A stretch of 64,000 nucleotides of DNA from Chitinophagales bacterium (lineage in GTDB: Bacteria; Bacteroidota; Bacteroidia; Chitinophagales; Chitinophagaceae): the NCBI GenBank assembly GCA_038207175.1, contig JBBRAD010000016.1, forward strand, positions 14,726 through 78,725, in the 5' to 3' direction. This document shows, piece by piece, positions 36,660 through 46,422 of this stretch (positions are counted from its first letter, which is position 1; each line of letters opens with the position of its first letter). The notes below the pieces were generated by a model. It made no database searches. It was not told the origin of the DNA and was given only the letters and a program-made list of their open reading frames with translations. Made by a program: the position numbers and the translations under genes.

Positions 36660-37421
36660 TTATTCATCTTCTAACCCGCCATCATTATCCGGTTCATCCG
36701 GGACTTCATCGTTTATTTCTTCAACCGGCTCATCCGGAACAATTAAATCGCCGTTGCTGTCAACAGATAAAATGCTTTCCTCCTCATCTTTTATTTCTTT
36801 ATCATTCACAGGTAAATCATTTTCATCACTTTCATGTTTTATAATAGTGGGCTCTACTAACTGTTCCGCCAAAACCTCTTTTATTTTTGGAAGGTCATCT
36901 GCGGAGTTAATGCCAAAATAATCCATAAAATTGCGTGAAGTGGCATATATCAGGGGCTTACCGGGTAATTCTTCACTGCGGCCCTGGATAATTATGAGTT
37001 CCTTCTCTAATAATTTTTGTATGCTGTAATCACTGTTTACACCACGTATAGATTCTATTTCCCCTTTTGTTACAGGCTGCTTGTAAGCAATGATGGCGAG
37101 TGTTTCCAAAGCTGCCGTAGATAAACGTTTCAGGAATTTTTCACCGTTAAGCTGTGCAATGGTTTTATGAAAATCTTTTTTAGTGAGGAACTGCCATCCA
37201 CCGCCGCTTTGTATTACTTCGAAAGGGTAAAATTCACTTTGATATTTTTCGCGTATGCCATTGAGTGCGCTTTCTACCTGGTCCGGCGAAATGCGTTCTT
37301 CCATAAACCCAAAAGCATTATTGATAAGTTCCATAATATCCGGCGCCGTCAGCGATTTTTCACTGGCGAAGATGAGCGCTTCAATATGCGGGATGATTAT
37401 ACTGAGTTCCATATTTATCAA
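36660..37421 (-). CDS. scpB: Segregation and condensation protein B (SMC-ScpAB subunit) with acidic C-terminal tail
   Basis: HIEALIFASEKSLT, GGGWQFLTK, ALETLAIIAYKQPVTKGEIESIRGV and PGKPLIYATS are classic ScpB winged-helix blocks. The C-terminus is Asp/Glu-rich. Confidence 0.85.
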   Translation of the reverse strand: MINMELSIIIPHIEALIFASEKSLTAPDIMELINNAFGFMEERISPDQVESALNGIREKYQSEFYPFEVIQSGGGWQFLTKKDFHKTIAQLNGEKFLKRLSTAALETLAIIAYKQPVTKGEIESIRGVNSDYSIQKLLEKELIIIQGRSEELPGKPLIYATSRNFMDYFGINSADDLPKIKEVLAEQLVEPTIIKHESDENDLPVNDKEIKDEEESILSVDSNGDLIVPDEPVEEINDEVPDEPDNDGGLEDE

Positions 37422-37499
37422 TTTGGAAATTTGGAAATAAGATAATCCGGAAATATAGTAAAAAACATTTCCAAATTTTCAAATCGCCAAATTGAAATA

Positions 37500-38381
37500 T
37501 TATCCTTTTAAAGCCGCAGCACCGCTTACAATCTCTGTCAACTCGGTGGTAATAGCTGCCTGGCGTGCACGGTTATAAGAAATTTTTAATGCTTTTAATA
37601 TTTCATTGGCATTTTCACTTGCTTTGTCCATTGCGGTCATGCGCGCACCGTGCTCGCTCGCATTGGCATCAAGCACCGCTTTATACAATTGCGTGTTTAA
37701 TATTTTTGGCATCAGTTCGGCAATCAGTTGTTCCTTATCAGGTTCAAAAATAAAATCAGCTTTTTTGGCGCCTTCTATTTTCTTCACTTTTGGAATGGGT
37801 AAAAATGGTTCGCTGCTGAAACGCTGCGTGGCGGCATTTTTAAATTCGCTGTACACAATCTCCACAGCATCAAACTCTTTGTTTTCAAACGCTTTCATGG
37901 CTGCCTGTGCGGCAGTTTGCACGTTTTCAAAACTGAGGTTCAAAAAAATGTCTTTATAATCAGCATTTGTTTTGTAGCCCTGTTTGGTCATGCTTTCCCA
38001 ACCTTTTTTTCCAATATTCCAGATGGTTATATTCCCTTTTTTATACTGGTCAGCATATTTTTCTGCAATGGTTTGTTTGGTCAGTTTCACCACATTTGAA
38101 TTATAGGCGCCTGCCAGGCCGCGGTCGCTGGTAATTACAATCAGCAGTACTTTTTGTACCGGCCTTTCTTCTGCAAGCTTTAAATTAAGCCCGCCTTCCA
38201 CATTGCTTACAATATTGCTGAGCATTTCCTGCAGTTTTCTTGCATAAGGCCTCATCTGAATAATGGCGTCCTGTGCGCGGCGAAGTTTTGCGGCGCTCAC
38301 CATTTTCATTGCTTTGGTAATTTGCTGTGTGCTTTGAACTGATTTGATGCGGTTGCGTACTTCCTTTAACTGGCCTGCCAT
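37500..38381 (-). CDS. atpG: F0F1 ATP synthase subunit gamma
   Basis: 293-aa ORF. The N-terminus MAGQLKEVRNRIKSVQSTQQITKAMKMVSAAKLRRAQ and the C-terminus YNRARQAAITTELTEIVSGAAAL are canonical for the gamma subunit. Confidence 0.95.
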   Translation of the reverse strand: MAGQLKEVRNRIKSVQSTQQITKAMKMVSAAKLRRAQDAIIQMRPYARKLQEMLSNIVSNVEGGLNLKLAEERPVQKVLLIVITSDRGLAGAYNSNVVKLTKQTIAEKYADQYKKGNITIWNIGKKGWESMTKQGYKTNADYKDIFLNLSFENVQTAAQAAMKAFENKEFDAVEIVYSEFKNAATQRFSSEPFLPIPKVKKIEGAKKADFIFEPDKEQLIAELMPKILNTQLYKAVLDANASEHGARMTAMDKASENANEILKALKISYNRARQAAITTELTEIVSGAAALKG

Positions 38382-38577
38382 ATTTTATTCGTTTGAAAGT
38401 TCAATTGTTTACAAGTTCAATTGTTCAATGGATTGTTTAATGAAACTTTTGAACGCAGAAACCTTTGGAACTGAAATTTGGCTGCAAAGGTAAAGGAATG
38501 GGGTTAAAATGCAAGTTTGATATAAAAAATTCCTGCTGCATATACCATAAATTCAATGCTTTTTTAAAAGGGTTTGA

Positions 38578-39291
38578 TCACTCGTCTGATAATACTGTTT
38601 CTCTTTGTTTCAGTGAATAAGAAACCTTTATTATCCCGCCTTCTTTGGTTGCGTTTTGCAAAGGAATTGTTTTGTTTTGATAAAGTTTGAAAGTAACCGG
38701 CCCGCTGCTTAGTGTTTGCAGGTCTTTTGCTTTAAGGCTGATACTGTTATTGCGGATAGTGTCTGTAACAATCACATCATTTGTAACGGAAGAAGTGTCG
38801 CTGATCTCATAAAATACTGCATCGCCGTTTGTAGTGCCGTTAAATTCAATATTGATTCCTTTTTTGGTTATCAACGGCGGAAGATTATTTTTTAATGCCA
38901 GTACCTGAAAGCTGAACGCCTCATTATACTTTTTGCCGTTGATGTCTGTATATTCCAATTGATGGTTGCCAGTAAAATTTTGCAGCGACGTGCCATATTC
39001 ATAATAGGCGCCGGCAAAGGCAGAACTGTCAACATCCAGTTTTTTGCCATCTAATGTAATGGCGGCTGGCTTTGTAAGCACAAGCGTGGTGCCGTTTTCA
39101 CCCGCAAACCTGAAGTAAGCTGTACAGGTTACTGTATCATCTGCTTCGCGTGCATTAATGGAATAGCCTGTGTAAATGGTTTCGGGGTTCACATCTTTGC
39201 TGTTACCAATTTCGTTACTGGTGCAGGAAGTAATTAAAAAATATATTATAGCGGTGAAAACGAGATGGGCAGGGGTTTTTTTCATAAACAA
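38578..39291 (-). CDS. Hypothetical lipoprotein
   Basis: 237-aa ORF with a lipoprotein signal (FLITSCTS) and beta-rich composition. I recognised no domain. Confidence 0.5.
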   Translation of the reverse strand: MFMKKTPAHLVFTAIIYFLITSCTSNEIGNSKDVNPETIYTGYSINAREADDTVTCTAYFRFAGENGTTLVLTKPAAITLDGKKLDVDSSAFAGAYYEYGTSLQNFTGNHQLEYTDINGKKYNEAFSFQVLALKNNLPPLITKKGINIEFNGTTNGDAVFYEISDTSSVTNDVIVTDTIRNNSISLKAKDLQTLSSGPVTFKLYQNKTIPLQNATKEGGIIKVSYSLKQRETVLSDE

Positions 39292-39362
39292 ATTTGTAAT
39301 TGATACTGCAAACGGCAGGAAAGTTAGTTAAGGATTTAATAAACTGTTGCATTCAGCCTTTA

Positions 39363-39396
39363 TTTGCAAAGCCTCATTTCAAATTAATTACCTTTG
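39363..39396 (+). promoter_or_regulatory. Candidate Bacteroidetes-type promoter for secA (-33 TTTG / -7 TAnnTTTG)
   Basis: TTTG at 39363..39366 and TACCTTTG at 39389..39396 with a 22-nt spacer, about 150 nt upstream of the secA ATG. This rests on a motif match only. Confidence 0.3.
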
Positions 39397-39546
39397 CTCT
39401 CCGCAAAAAACTGTCAATTTGTCGAAATAAAAGTTGACGCATTGTTTTTGTGAGTCAATCCAGTTCATTAAAGATAAAACGCTGAAGTGTGCGACGCAAG
39501 GATGTTGCTATAAAAAGTTTCAGCCGGGTACAAAAAAATAAATATT

Positions 39547-42500
39547 ATGTTAGGTATTTTAAGCAAACTGCTTGGCGGCAATAAATCCCAGAAGGATGTA
39601 AAACAAATAGAGCCGCTGGTTGAAAAGATTAATGTTTTTTTCCGGGAGTATGAAAGTTTGCCCAACGATGCGCTGCGGGCAAAAACCCTGGTGTTTAAGC
39701 AGAGAATAAAAGAACATTTAAAAGATATTGATTCTGAAATGGCGGCCAAACAGCAGGAAGCTGAAGCTTTGCCTGAAAGCGAGATACATAACCGCGATGC
39801 CATTTACCAGGAAGTGGACAAACTGAAGAAAGACCGGGATAAAAAAATTGAAGAGGCACTGGAACAAATGCTTCCGGAAGCTTTTGCCGTGGTAAAAGAA
39901 ACAGCAAGGCGCTTTAAGGAAAATACAGAATTAGTTGCTGCGGCTACACAGCTCGACAGGGACTTAAGTGTAAAAAAAGATTATATAAAAATAAATGGTG
40001 ATAATGTTGTTTATAAAAATTCCTGGACTGCGGGCGGCGGGCAGACTACATGGAATATGCTGCATTATGATGTGCAATTAATTGGCGGTGCGGTTTTGCA
40101 TTCCGGTAAAATTGCAGAAATGGCCACAGGTGAAGGCAAAACCCTTGTTTCTACTTTACCTGCTTATCTAAATGCACTGGCATGCGAAGGCGTGCATATA
40201 GTAACAGTGAATGATTATTTAGCACGCCGTGACAGTGAATGGAACGGGCCATTATTCGAATGGTTAGGATTAACCGTTGATTGTATTGATAAACACCAGC
40301 CCAATACTGCCGACCGCCGCAAGGCTTACCAGGCAGATATTACTTATGGCACCAATAATGAATTTGGTTTTGATTACCTGCGTGATAACATGGTGCATAA
40401 CCCCGATGAAATGGTGCAGCGCAAACATCATTTTGCAATGGTGGATGAAGTGGACAGTGTATTGATTGATGATGCAAGAACGCCGTTGATCATTTCAGGG
40501 CCTATTGGCCGTGATGATAATACCCAGCAGTTTTTTGAATTAAAACCACGCATCGAAAAATTAGTGGAAGCGCAGAAACGCGCAGCCAACCAGTTTTTGA
40601 ATGAAGCAAAGAAAAAAATTGCCGAGGGCCATGATGATCCTAAAGATGGCGGCCTGGCTTTGTTCCGCGCACACCGCGGGTTGCCAAAGAACAGTGCAAC
40701 GATAAAATTTTTAAGCGAGCCGGGCATGCGCGTGATTTTGCAGAAAACGGAAAATTATTACCTGGCAGACCAGCAAAAAGAAATGCCGAAGGCAGATGCG
40801 GAATTATATTTTTATATTGACGAAAAAAATAATTCAGTTGAGCTTACGGATAAAGGCATCCACCTGATAACACGTGCCGGGGAAGACCCCAACTTTTTTA
40901 TTATACCCGATATAGGTGTTGATCTTGCAGCCATTGACCAGGATGCATCGCTTGCACCGGATCAGAAAATGCACAAGAAAGAATTATTGCTGAATGAATA
41001 TGCTGTAAAAGCAGACCGCATACATACCGCACAGCAGTTGCTGAAATCCTATACATTATTTGATAAAGATGTGGAATATGTGGTGATGGACGGCGCCGTA
41101 AAAATTGTGGATGAGCAAACGGGCCGTATCCTCGATGGCCGCCGTTACTCAGATGGTTTGCATCAGGCAATAGAAGCAAAAGAAAACGTGAAGATTGAAG
41201 CTACAACGCAAACCTACGCCACTGTTACCCTGCAGAATTATTTCCGCATGTACCACAAGCTTTGCGGTATGACCGGTACTGCTGAAACAGAAGCTGCGGA
41301 GTTGTGGAGCATTTATAAACTGGATGTGGTAACTATCCCCACCAATATTCCATGCATCCGCAATGACGAGCACGATCTGGTATATAAAACCAAGCGTGAA
41401 AAATACAAAGCGGTAATAGAAAAAATTGAAGAACTGCGCAATGCGGGAAGGCCTTCACTTGTAGGTACAACATCTGTTGAAGTAAGTGAACTGCTCAGCA
41501 GGATGCTACGGCAAAAACAAATCCCGCACAATGTATTAAATGCAAAGCAGCATGCCCGTGAAGCACAGGTGGTTGCTGAAGCCGGTTTCGCAGGTGCTAT
41601 TACCATTGCCACCAATATGGCCGGGCGGGGCACGGATATTAAACTCGGGCCCGGCGTAAAAGAAGCAGGTGGCCTTGCAATACTGGGAACTGAACGGCAC
41701 GAAAGCCGCCGTGTTGACAGGCAGTTGCGCGGCCGTGCCGGAAGACAGGGTGATCCCGGCTCTTCTATGTTTTTTGTTTGCCTTGAAGATGACCTGATGC
41801 GCATGTTTGGCAGCGAACGTATTGCAAAAGTGATGGACTTTGCCGGTTATAAAGAAGGGGAAGTGATACAACACAGCATGATTACAAAATCAATTGAAAG
41901 GGCGCAGAAAAAAGTGGAAGAAAATAACTTCGGCATACGCAAGAGGCTACTGGAGTATGATGATGTAATGAATAAACAGCGTACGGTTATTTATGCAAAA
42001 CGTAACCACGCTTTGTTTGGCGAACGCCTGGCGCTTGACCTCGACAATGCTTTTTATGATGTAGCGGAAGGCCTGGTAAACACTTTTAAAGAGAATAATG
42101 ATTTTGAAGGTTTTAAATTAGAGACGATTGTAAACTTTGGGCTGGATACAAACATCACTTCAGATGAATTTAATAAAGGAAATGAAAATGAACTCATCGG
42201 GAAATTGTACACTGAAGCTTCGTCCAATTACCAGCGCAAACGGCTGGATATGATGCCGCGCATATTGCCTGTATTTAAAAATATACGCCAGGCGCAGGGT
42301 GCGCATATTGAAAATGTAGTGGTTCCTTTTACAGATGGAAGAAAAGGCTTGCAGGCACTTTCCAACCTTGATAAAACTTTAAAAAGCAATGGCGCGGAAT
42401 TGATTAATTCCCTGGAACGTACGGCCACACTGGCTTTTATTGATGATGCATGGAAAGAGCACCTGCGTGCAATGGATGATTTAAAGCAAAGCGTACAAAC

Positions 42501-42870
42501 AGCGCATTACGAACAGAAAGACCCGCTGGTGATTTACAAAGGTGAAGCGTATATGCTTTTTAAACAGATGGACGGCGGTGTAAACAAAGAGATTGTAAAC
42601 TTCCTCTGCCATGCGGATATACCGGTGGAACAAAACAATGCACCGATACGTGAAGGCCGGGAGCAGAAAACGGATATGAGCCGCATGCGCGCCAATAAAG
42701 AACAGATTGATGCAGCAGGCAGCGATTATGCAGCAAATGAAAACGATTATATTGATCCGTCAAACGTAAAACAGGAGCCGGTAAAAGTGGGCCCGAAGAT
42801 TGGAAGAAATGACCCATGCCCCTGCGGAAGCGGGAAGAAATATAAGCAGTGCCACGGTAAGGAAGCTTGA
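39547..42870 (+). CDS. secA: Preprotein translocase ATPase SecA
   Basis: 1107-aa ORF with Walker [11 protein letters not shown], the DEAD-like [19 protein letters not shown] and [13 protein letters not shown]. The C-terminal zinc finger is [14 protein letters not shown]. Confidence 0.97.
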   Translation: MLGILSKLLGGNKSQKDVKQIEPLVEKINVFFREYESLPNDALRAKTLVFKQRIKEHLKDIDSEMAAKQQEAEALPESEIHNRDAIYQEVDKLKKDRDKKIEEALEQMLPEAFAVVKETARRFKENTELVAAATQLDRDLSVKKDYIKINGDNVVYKNSWTAGGGQTTWNMLHYDVQLIGGAVLHSGKIAEMATGEGKTLVSTLPAYLNALACEGVHIVTVNDYLARRDSEWNGPLFEWLGLTVDCIDKHQPNTADRRKAYQADITYGTNNEFGFDYLRDNMVHNPDEMVQRKHHFAMVDEVDSVLIDDARTPLIISGPIGRDDNTQQFFELKPRIEKLVEAQKRAANQFLNEAKKKIAEGHDDPKDGGLALFRAHRGLPKNSATIKFLSEPGMRVILQKTENYYLADQQKEMPKADAELYFYIDEKNNSVELTDKGIHLITRAGEDPNFFIIPDIGVDLAAIDQDASLAPDQKMHKKELLLNEYAVKADRIHTAQQLLKSYTLFDKDVEYVVMDGAVKIVDEQTGRILDGRRYSDGLHQAIEAKENVKIEATTQTYATVTLQNYFRMYHKLCGMTGTAETEAAELWSIYKLDVVTIPTNIPCIRNDEHDLVYKTKREKYKAVIEKIEELRNAGRPSLVGTTSVEVSELLSRMLRQKQIPHNVLNAKQHAREAQVVAEAGFAGAITIATNMAGRGTDIKLGPGVKEAGGLAILGTERHESRRVDRQLRGRAGRQGDPGSSMFFVCLEDDLMRMFGSERIAKVMDFAGYKEGEVIQHSMITKSIERAQKKVEENNFGIRKRLLEYDDVMNKQRTVIYAKRNHALFGERLALDLDNAFYDVAEGLVNTFKENNDFEGFKLETIVNFGLDTNITSDEFNKGNENELIGKLYTEASSNYQRKRLDMMPRILPVFKNIRQAQGAHIENVVVPFTDGRKGLQALSNLDKTLKSNGAELINSLERTATLAFIDDAWKEHLRAMDDLKQSVQTAHYEQKDPLVIYKGEAYMLFKQMDGGVNKEIVNFLCHADIPVEQNNAPIREGREQKTDMSRMRANKEQIDAAGSDYAANENDYIDPSNVKQEPVKVGPKIGRNDPCPCGSGKKYKQCHGKEA

Positions 42871-42925
42871 AGTGAGAAGTGAATGGCTGATAGCGAATTG
42901 AAATTAAAGCAAAAAATAATTTTAT

Positions 42926-43081
42926 ATGAACGAATTAATTGAACGCCTTACAACTGAAGCGGGCATTACACCGGATCAGGCAAAAAAAGCCATTGAATCA
43001 ATTGCAAATTTTGTAAAAGAAAAATTCCCAATGCTGGGCGGTGCGGTTGATAAAATATTTTCTGCGGGCGGGGAGGAGTAA
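42926..43081 (+). CDS. Possible small protein (51 aa) downstream of secA, below the ORF-track length cutoff
   Basis: An ATG at 42926 gives MNELIERLTTEAGITPDQAKKAIESIANFVKEKFPMLGGAVDKIFSAGGEE, with a TAA stop at 43079. The composition is helical and protein-like, and a strong terminator follows 40 nt later. Confidence 0.45.
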   Translation: MNELIERLTTEAGITPDQAKKAIESIANFVKEKFPMLGGAVDKIFSAGGEE

Positions 43082-43121
43082 TGCGGGTTCCTTAACTAAA
43101 AACAATATTATTTTGCCGGCA

Positions 43122-43155
43122 AACCTGTGAGGCCTTAAAACCACACAGGTTTTTT
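43122..43155 (+). terminator. Rho-independent terminator of the secA / small-ORF transcript
   Basis: AACCTGTG-14 nt-CACAGGTT followed by a T6 run. Confidence 0.75.
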
Positions 43156-43200
43156 GCGTCATTGCGAACGGAGCGAAGCAATCTGTGAATATAAAATTAA
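43156..43200. repeat. REP/MITE-like element (copy 3, partial)
   Basis: In GCGTCATTGCGAACGGAGCGAAGCAATCTGTGAATATAAAATTAA, the last 26 nt match the tail of 14826..14912 at 23 of 26 positions. Confidence 0.6.
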
Positions 43201-43361
43201 GGTAACACGGGTAAATACAAAACCCTTGTTGGGCTTTCCAGTTCAACCAGCGAATTCAAATTAATTGTATTGGGATTATCACCTATTTTAACCTGCGCTT
43301 TTACGCATACGCTGAAAAAAAGAAATAGTACACAGGGTACTACGCAAACATAGTTTCTCAT
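43197..43361 (-). pseudogene. Possible truncated N-terminal gene fragment (54 codons)
   Basis: MRNYVCVVPCVLFLFFSVCVKAQ looks like a signal peptide. The following VKIGDNPNTINLNSLVELES resembles the conserved N-terminus of a family of large secreted Bacteroidetes proteins, then the ORF stops abruptly. Weak evidence. Confidence 0.3.
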
Positions 43362-43663
43362 ACAGGGTTGGGTATTGGGTTTAAAAAATACAATTACAAA
43401 TGCCCTTACTTTTTTTCACCTGCAAGATATTTTTAGTAATATGAGTGTCCTCACTGGACATCATTTCGTTTACTTTAATTGCTCCTGTTTTGCTAATGCC
43501 ATCTTTTTGTATCTGCTAATTTGCATTAGCAAAAAGAGAATAGCCTAAGTGTACGCAGCTGATGATGCTGTTTGTAAATCCCTCTAAAAATTGAAGCCTG
43601 CCCGAAAATGAATGTACTTTTACTTTGCAAATCAATTTATTCTTCATTTTTAATCTGTGCACC

Positions 43664-44372
43664 ATGAAAAAAATATACTTTTTTTAATCATCCTTTCTTT
43701 GGCTTTTTAAGCGTTTACGCACAACCGGTTCTGCATGCAAAAGATTTTAATCCTGTAGCGGGTAATATAGAAATCCAGGCAAATACAAATAGTAAAGGGT
43801 GTGAAGATCCCCAAAAGCGGGGCGAATATTGTTTGGAATTATTCCAAACTAAAGGATTCTTTAAAACATGATACAGCCTATTTTGTAAGCCCTTCGGCCA
43901 CCCCTTACGATTTTGTGTTTCCATCCTGTAATCTTGCCTCATATTCAAGCAGCAGACGCGGGATATATGATTATTACACAGCTACAAATATGGCTTTTAG
44001 AGTGAACAGTGTTGCGGCTAAAAAGACTAACACAGCATGGACCCCGTTTACCGCATTATTGTTTATCCCTTTACATACGGAACTGAATTTTTTGATGCAA
44101 GCACGGTTACTTCATCCACTTCAACAATGACATTTCAGCAAAAAGATACTGTAAGCGTTACCGGCTATGGTACGCTGAAGCTTCCCGGCGGCAGGGTTTT
44201 TAAAAATGTATTGCAGGAGCAAACCACTACTGCTATTTCTTACGTGGATTCCGGGCACATGGTTACAAATTTCAGTTACAGTATCAGTTATTTTGCTAAA
44301 GGCTATCATTATCCCTTGTTATCTATTTCATTCAACGCCGCCCATAAGATTGAAGATGCTAAAGCATTATAG
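43664..44372 (+). pseudogene. Disrupted gene for a secreted hypothetical protein (at least 3 frameshifts)
   Basis: The signal peptide MKKIYFF terminates in a T7 run (43679..43685). Reading continues in frame 0 (NHPFFGFLSVYAQPVLHAKDF...), then frame 1 from ~43800 (KIPKSGANIVWNYSKL...), then frame 0 again from ~44037 (DPVYRIIVYPFTYGTEFF...) to the stop at 44372. Confidence 0.6.
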
Positions 44373-44398
44373 TGAGATAACAAAAAATAACCGCATTA

Positions 44399-45547
44399 TT
44401 AATTTCCCGCAGATAAACTTTCTCTTGCAATAACAATCTTCTGTATTTCCGAAGTGCCTTCGCCAATGGTGCAGAGCTTGGCATCGCGGTAAAATTTTTC
44501 AACAGGAAAATCTTTGGTGTAGCCATAGCCGCCGAAAATCTGTACAGCATCATTCGCCGTTTTTACAGCTACTTCGCTTGCATAATATTTTGCCATGGCC
44601 GCCTGTTTGGTCACTTTCATGCCTTTATCTTTTAAATCACATGCCTGCATGGTTAATAATTCGGCAGCCATTATTTCGGTGGCCATATCTGCCAGTTTAA
44701 AACTTATTCCCTGGAAATCTGATATGGGCTGGTCAAACTGGTGGCGCTCTTTTGAATATTGTAAGGCCGCTTCATAAGCACCTTTTGCAATTCCCAGGGA
44801 AAGTGATGCAATGGAAATCCTTCCTCCATCCAATACTTTCATGGCTTGTTTAAATCCATCACCCGGTTCACCCAGCCGGTTTTCATCCGGTATGATACAA
44901 TTATCAAAAATCATTTCCGCGGTTTCGCTTGCGCGCATGCCTAATTTGTTTTCTTTTTTACCGGCATTAAAACCCGCTGTTCCTCTTTCCACCACAAATG
45001 AAGTGCTGTTGTTTTTTGCGCGGGGTTCGCCTGTTCTTGCCACCACAACTGCAACATTACTGCTTTTGCCGTGTGTTATCCAGCTTTTTGTGCCATTGAT
45101 GATCCAGTTACTGCCATCTTTTACAGCAGTGCATTTCATGTTGCCTGCATCGCTGCCGGTGTTTGGTTCTGTTAAGCCCCAGGCGCCCAGCCATTCACAG
45201 GTGGCAAGTCTTGGTAAATATTTTTTCTTCTGGGTTTCATTGCCAAATGCAAGAATATGTCCGGTGCACAATGAATTATGCGCGGCAACGCTGAGTCCAA
45301 TCGAGCCGCATACTTTGGCTATTTCTTCAATAATAGTTTTATATTCAAAATAGGAGAGACCCGCGCCGCCATATTCTTCAGGCACAAAAACGCCCATCAT
45401 TCCAAGCTTTCCCAGTTCTTTAAAAACATGAAGGGGGAATTCCTGCAATTCATCCCATTGCATTACAAAAGGTTTTATATGCTGCTGCGCAAAATCCCTT
45501 GCTGTTTGTGCTACCTGCTGTGTTATTTCATCCTGTTGAAAATTCAT
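44399..45547 (-). CDS. Acyl-CoA dehydrogenase
   Basis: 382-aa ORF with the three ACAD domains. Motifs are [46 protein letters not shown] and a catalytic Glu near the C-terminus. Confidence 0.9.
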   Translation of the reverse strand: MNFQQDEITQQVAQTARDFAQQHIKPFVMQWDELQEFPLHVFKELGKLGMMGVFVPEEYGGAGLSYFEYKTIIEEIAKVCGSIGLSVAAHNSLCTGHILAFGNETQKKKYLPRLATCEWLGAWGLTEPNTGSDAGNMKCTAVKDGSNWIINGTKSWITHGKSSNVAVVVARTGEPRAKNNSTSFVVERGTAGFNAGKKENKLGMRASETAEMIFDNCIIPDENRLGEPGDGFKQAMKVLDGGRISIASLSLGIAKGAYEAALQYSKERHQFDQPISDFQGISFKLADMATEIMAAELLTMQACDLKDKGMKVTKQAAMAKYYASEVAVKTANDAVQIFGGYGYTKDFPVEKFYRDAKLCTIGEGTSEIQKIVIARESLSAGN

Positions 45548-45616
45548 AAGCTAACATTTGTTAGTGTGCAAAAGTAAAGGATTTACTTTTCTTAAATGTA
45601 ATATTAAGGGAAACAT

Positions 45617-46384
45617 TTATTCTTTTTGATCAGTTGAGTCGGTCATTTTTAAATAAGGCAGTATTATTTGAAAAGTTGAATCTTTTAATCCATAAGTACG
45701 TTTTAAATCATCCACAGATTTAAAACCATGTATGGCATTCCTGAATTTTACAATACGGTTGCTCAGTACGTCTCCAATGCCCGGCAGCGATTTCCATTCT
45801 TCCACTGTTGCAGTATTTATATCAATCTGTTTTTTTGGTTTTGATGCCGGATAGGAATTATTATTGTTTGATGGAATTGATTCTCTTGGTTGCGTTTTAT
45901 TCGTTTGAGTAGCTGATAACCGGATTTGTATATAAGGAATGAATGCATCGGCCTGTTCTTTTCTTAATCCGTAAATTTTACGGATGTCTTCCGGTTTCCT
46001 GAACTGACCGCCTTTGTGCAGGTAATTTAAAATAGTTTGGACGGTTTTATCTTTTACGCCCAGGCGTTTCCATCCGTCTGCATCTAATGTGTTGGGATCA
46101 AAATAAAATAATTCCGCTTTAATATTTTCTGTTTCGTCCGCTGAAACAAACGGTGTTGCCGCATTATAATTATTACTGTCAGCGTAAAATTTCTTTGCTG
46201 TGTTTTTCGGCTGCATGGCATTTAACTGCTGTTCAAGCTTTACATCTTCTGCGGGTTTTTTAAATGAAGGAGAAAAAAAATAAGGCAGTGCTATAAACAC
46301 AGCAATGATAATAAGGAGGATAACAACAGCTATCCTTTCTTTTTTTGAGAAAGAGAAATAATCTTTCCAGGTGCCCTTTTTCAT
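45617..46384 (-). CDS. ComEA-family helix-hairpin-helix DNA-binding protein, membrane-anchored
   Basis: An N-terminal TM helix precedes two HhH-like segments. The C-terminus INTATVEEWKSLPGIGDVLSNRIVKFR...FKSVDDL is the ComEA signature. Confidence 0.75.
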   Translation of the reverse strand: MKKGTWKDYFSFSKKERIAVVILLIIIAVFIALPYFFSPSFKKPAEDVKLEQQLNAMQPKNTAKKFYADSNNYNAATPFVSADETENIKAELFYFDPNTLDADGWKRLGVKDKTVQTILNYLHKGGQFRKPEDIRKIYGLRKEQADAFIPYIQIRLSATQTNKTQPRESIPSNNNNSYPASKPKKQIDINTATVEEWKSLPGIGDVLSNRIVKFRNAIHGFKSVDDLKRTYGLKDSTFQIILPYLKMTDSTDQKE

Positions 46385-46422
46385 AAAATTAATTTTTTAA
46401 GATTAATTTTTCAAAAGGGGTT

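Noticed and set aside
44811-45353. A 180-aa plus-strand ORF antisense to the acyl-CoA dehydrogenase. Similar long antisense ORFs occur in clpX (55263..55880), secA (41313..41804) and sucD (33389..34136).
   Set aside because: Each lies opposite a highly conserved gene, has Ser/Pro/Leu-rich low-complexity translation and shows no motif. These are typical shadow ORFs.
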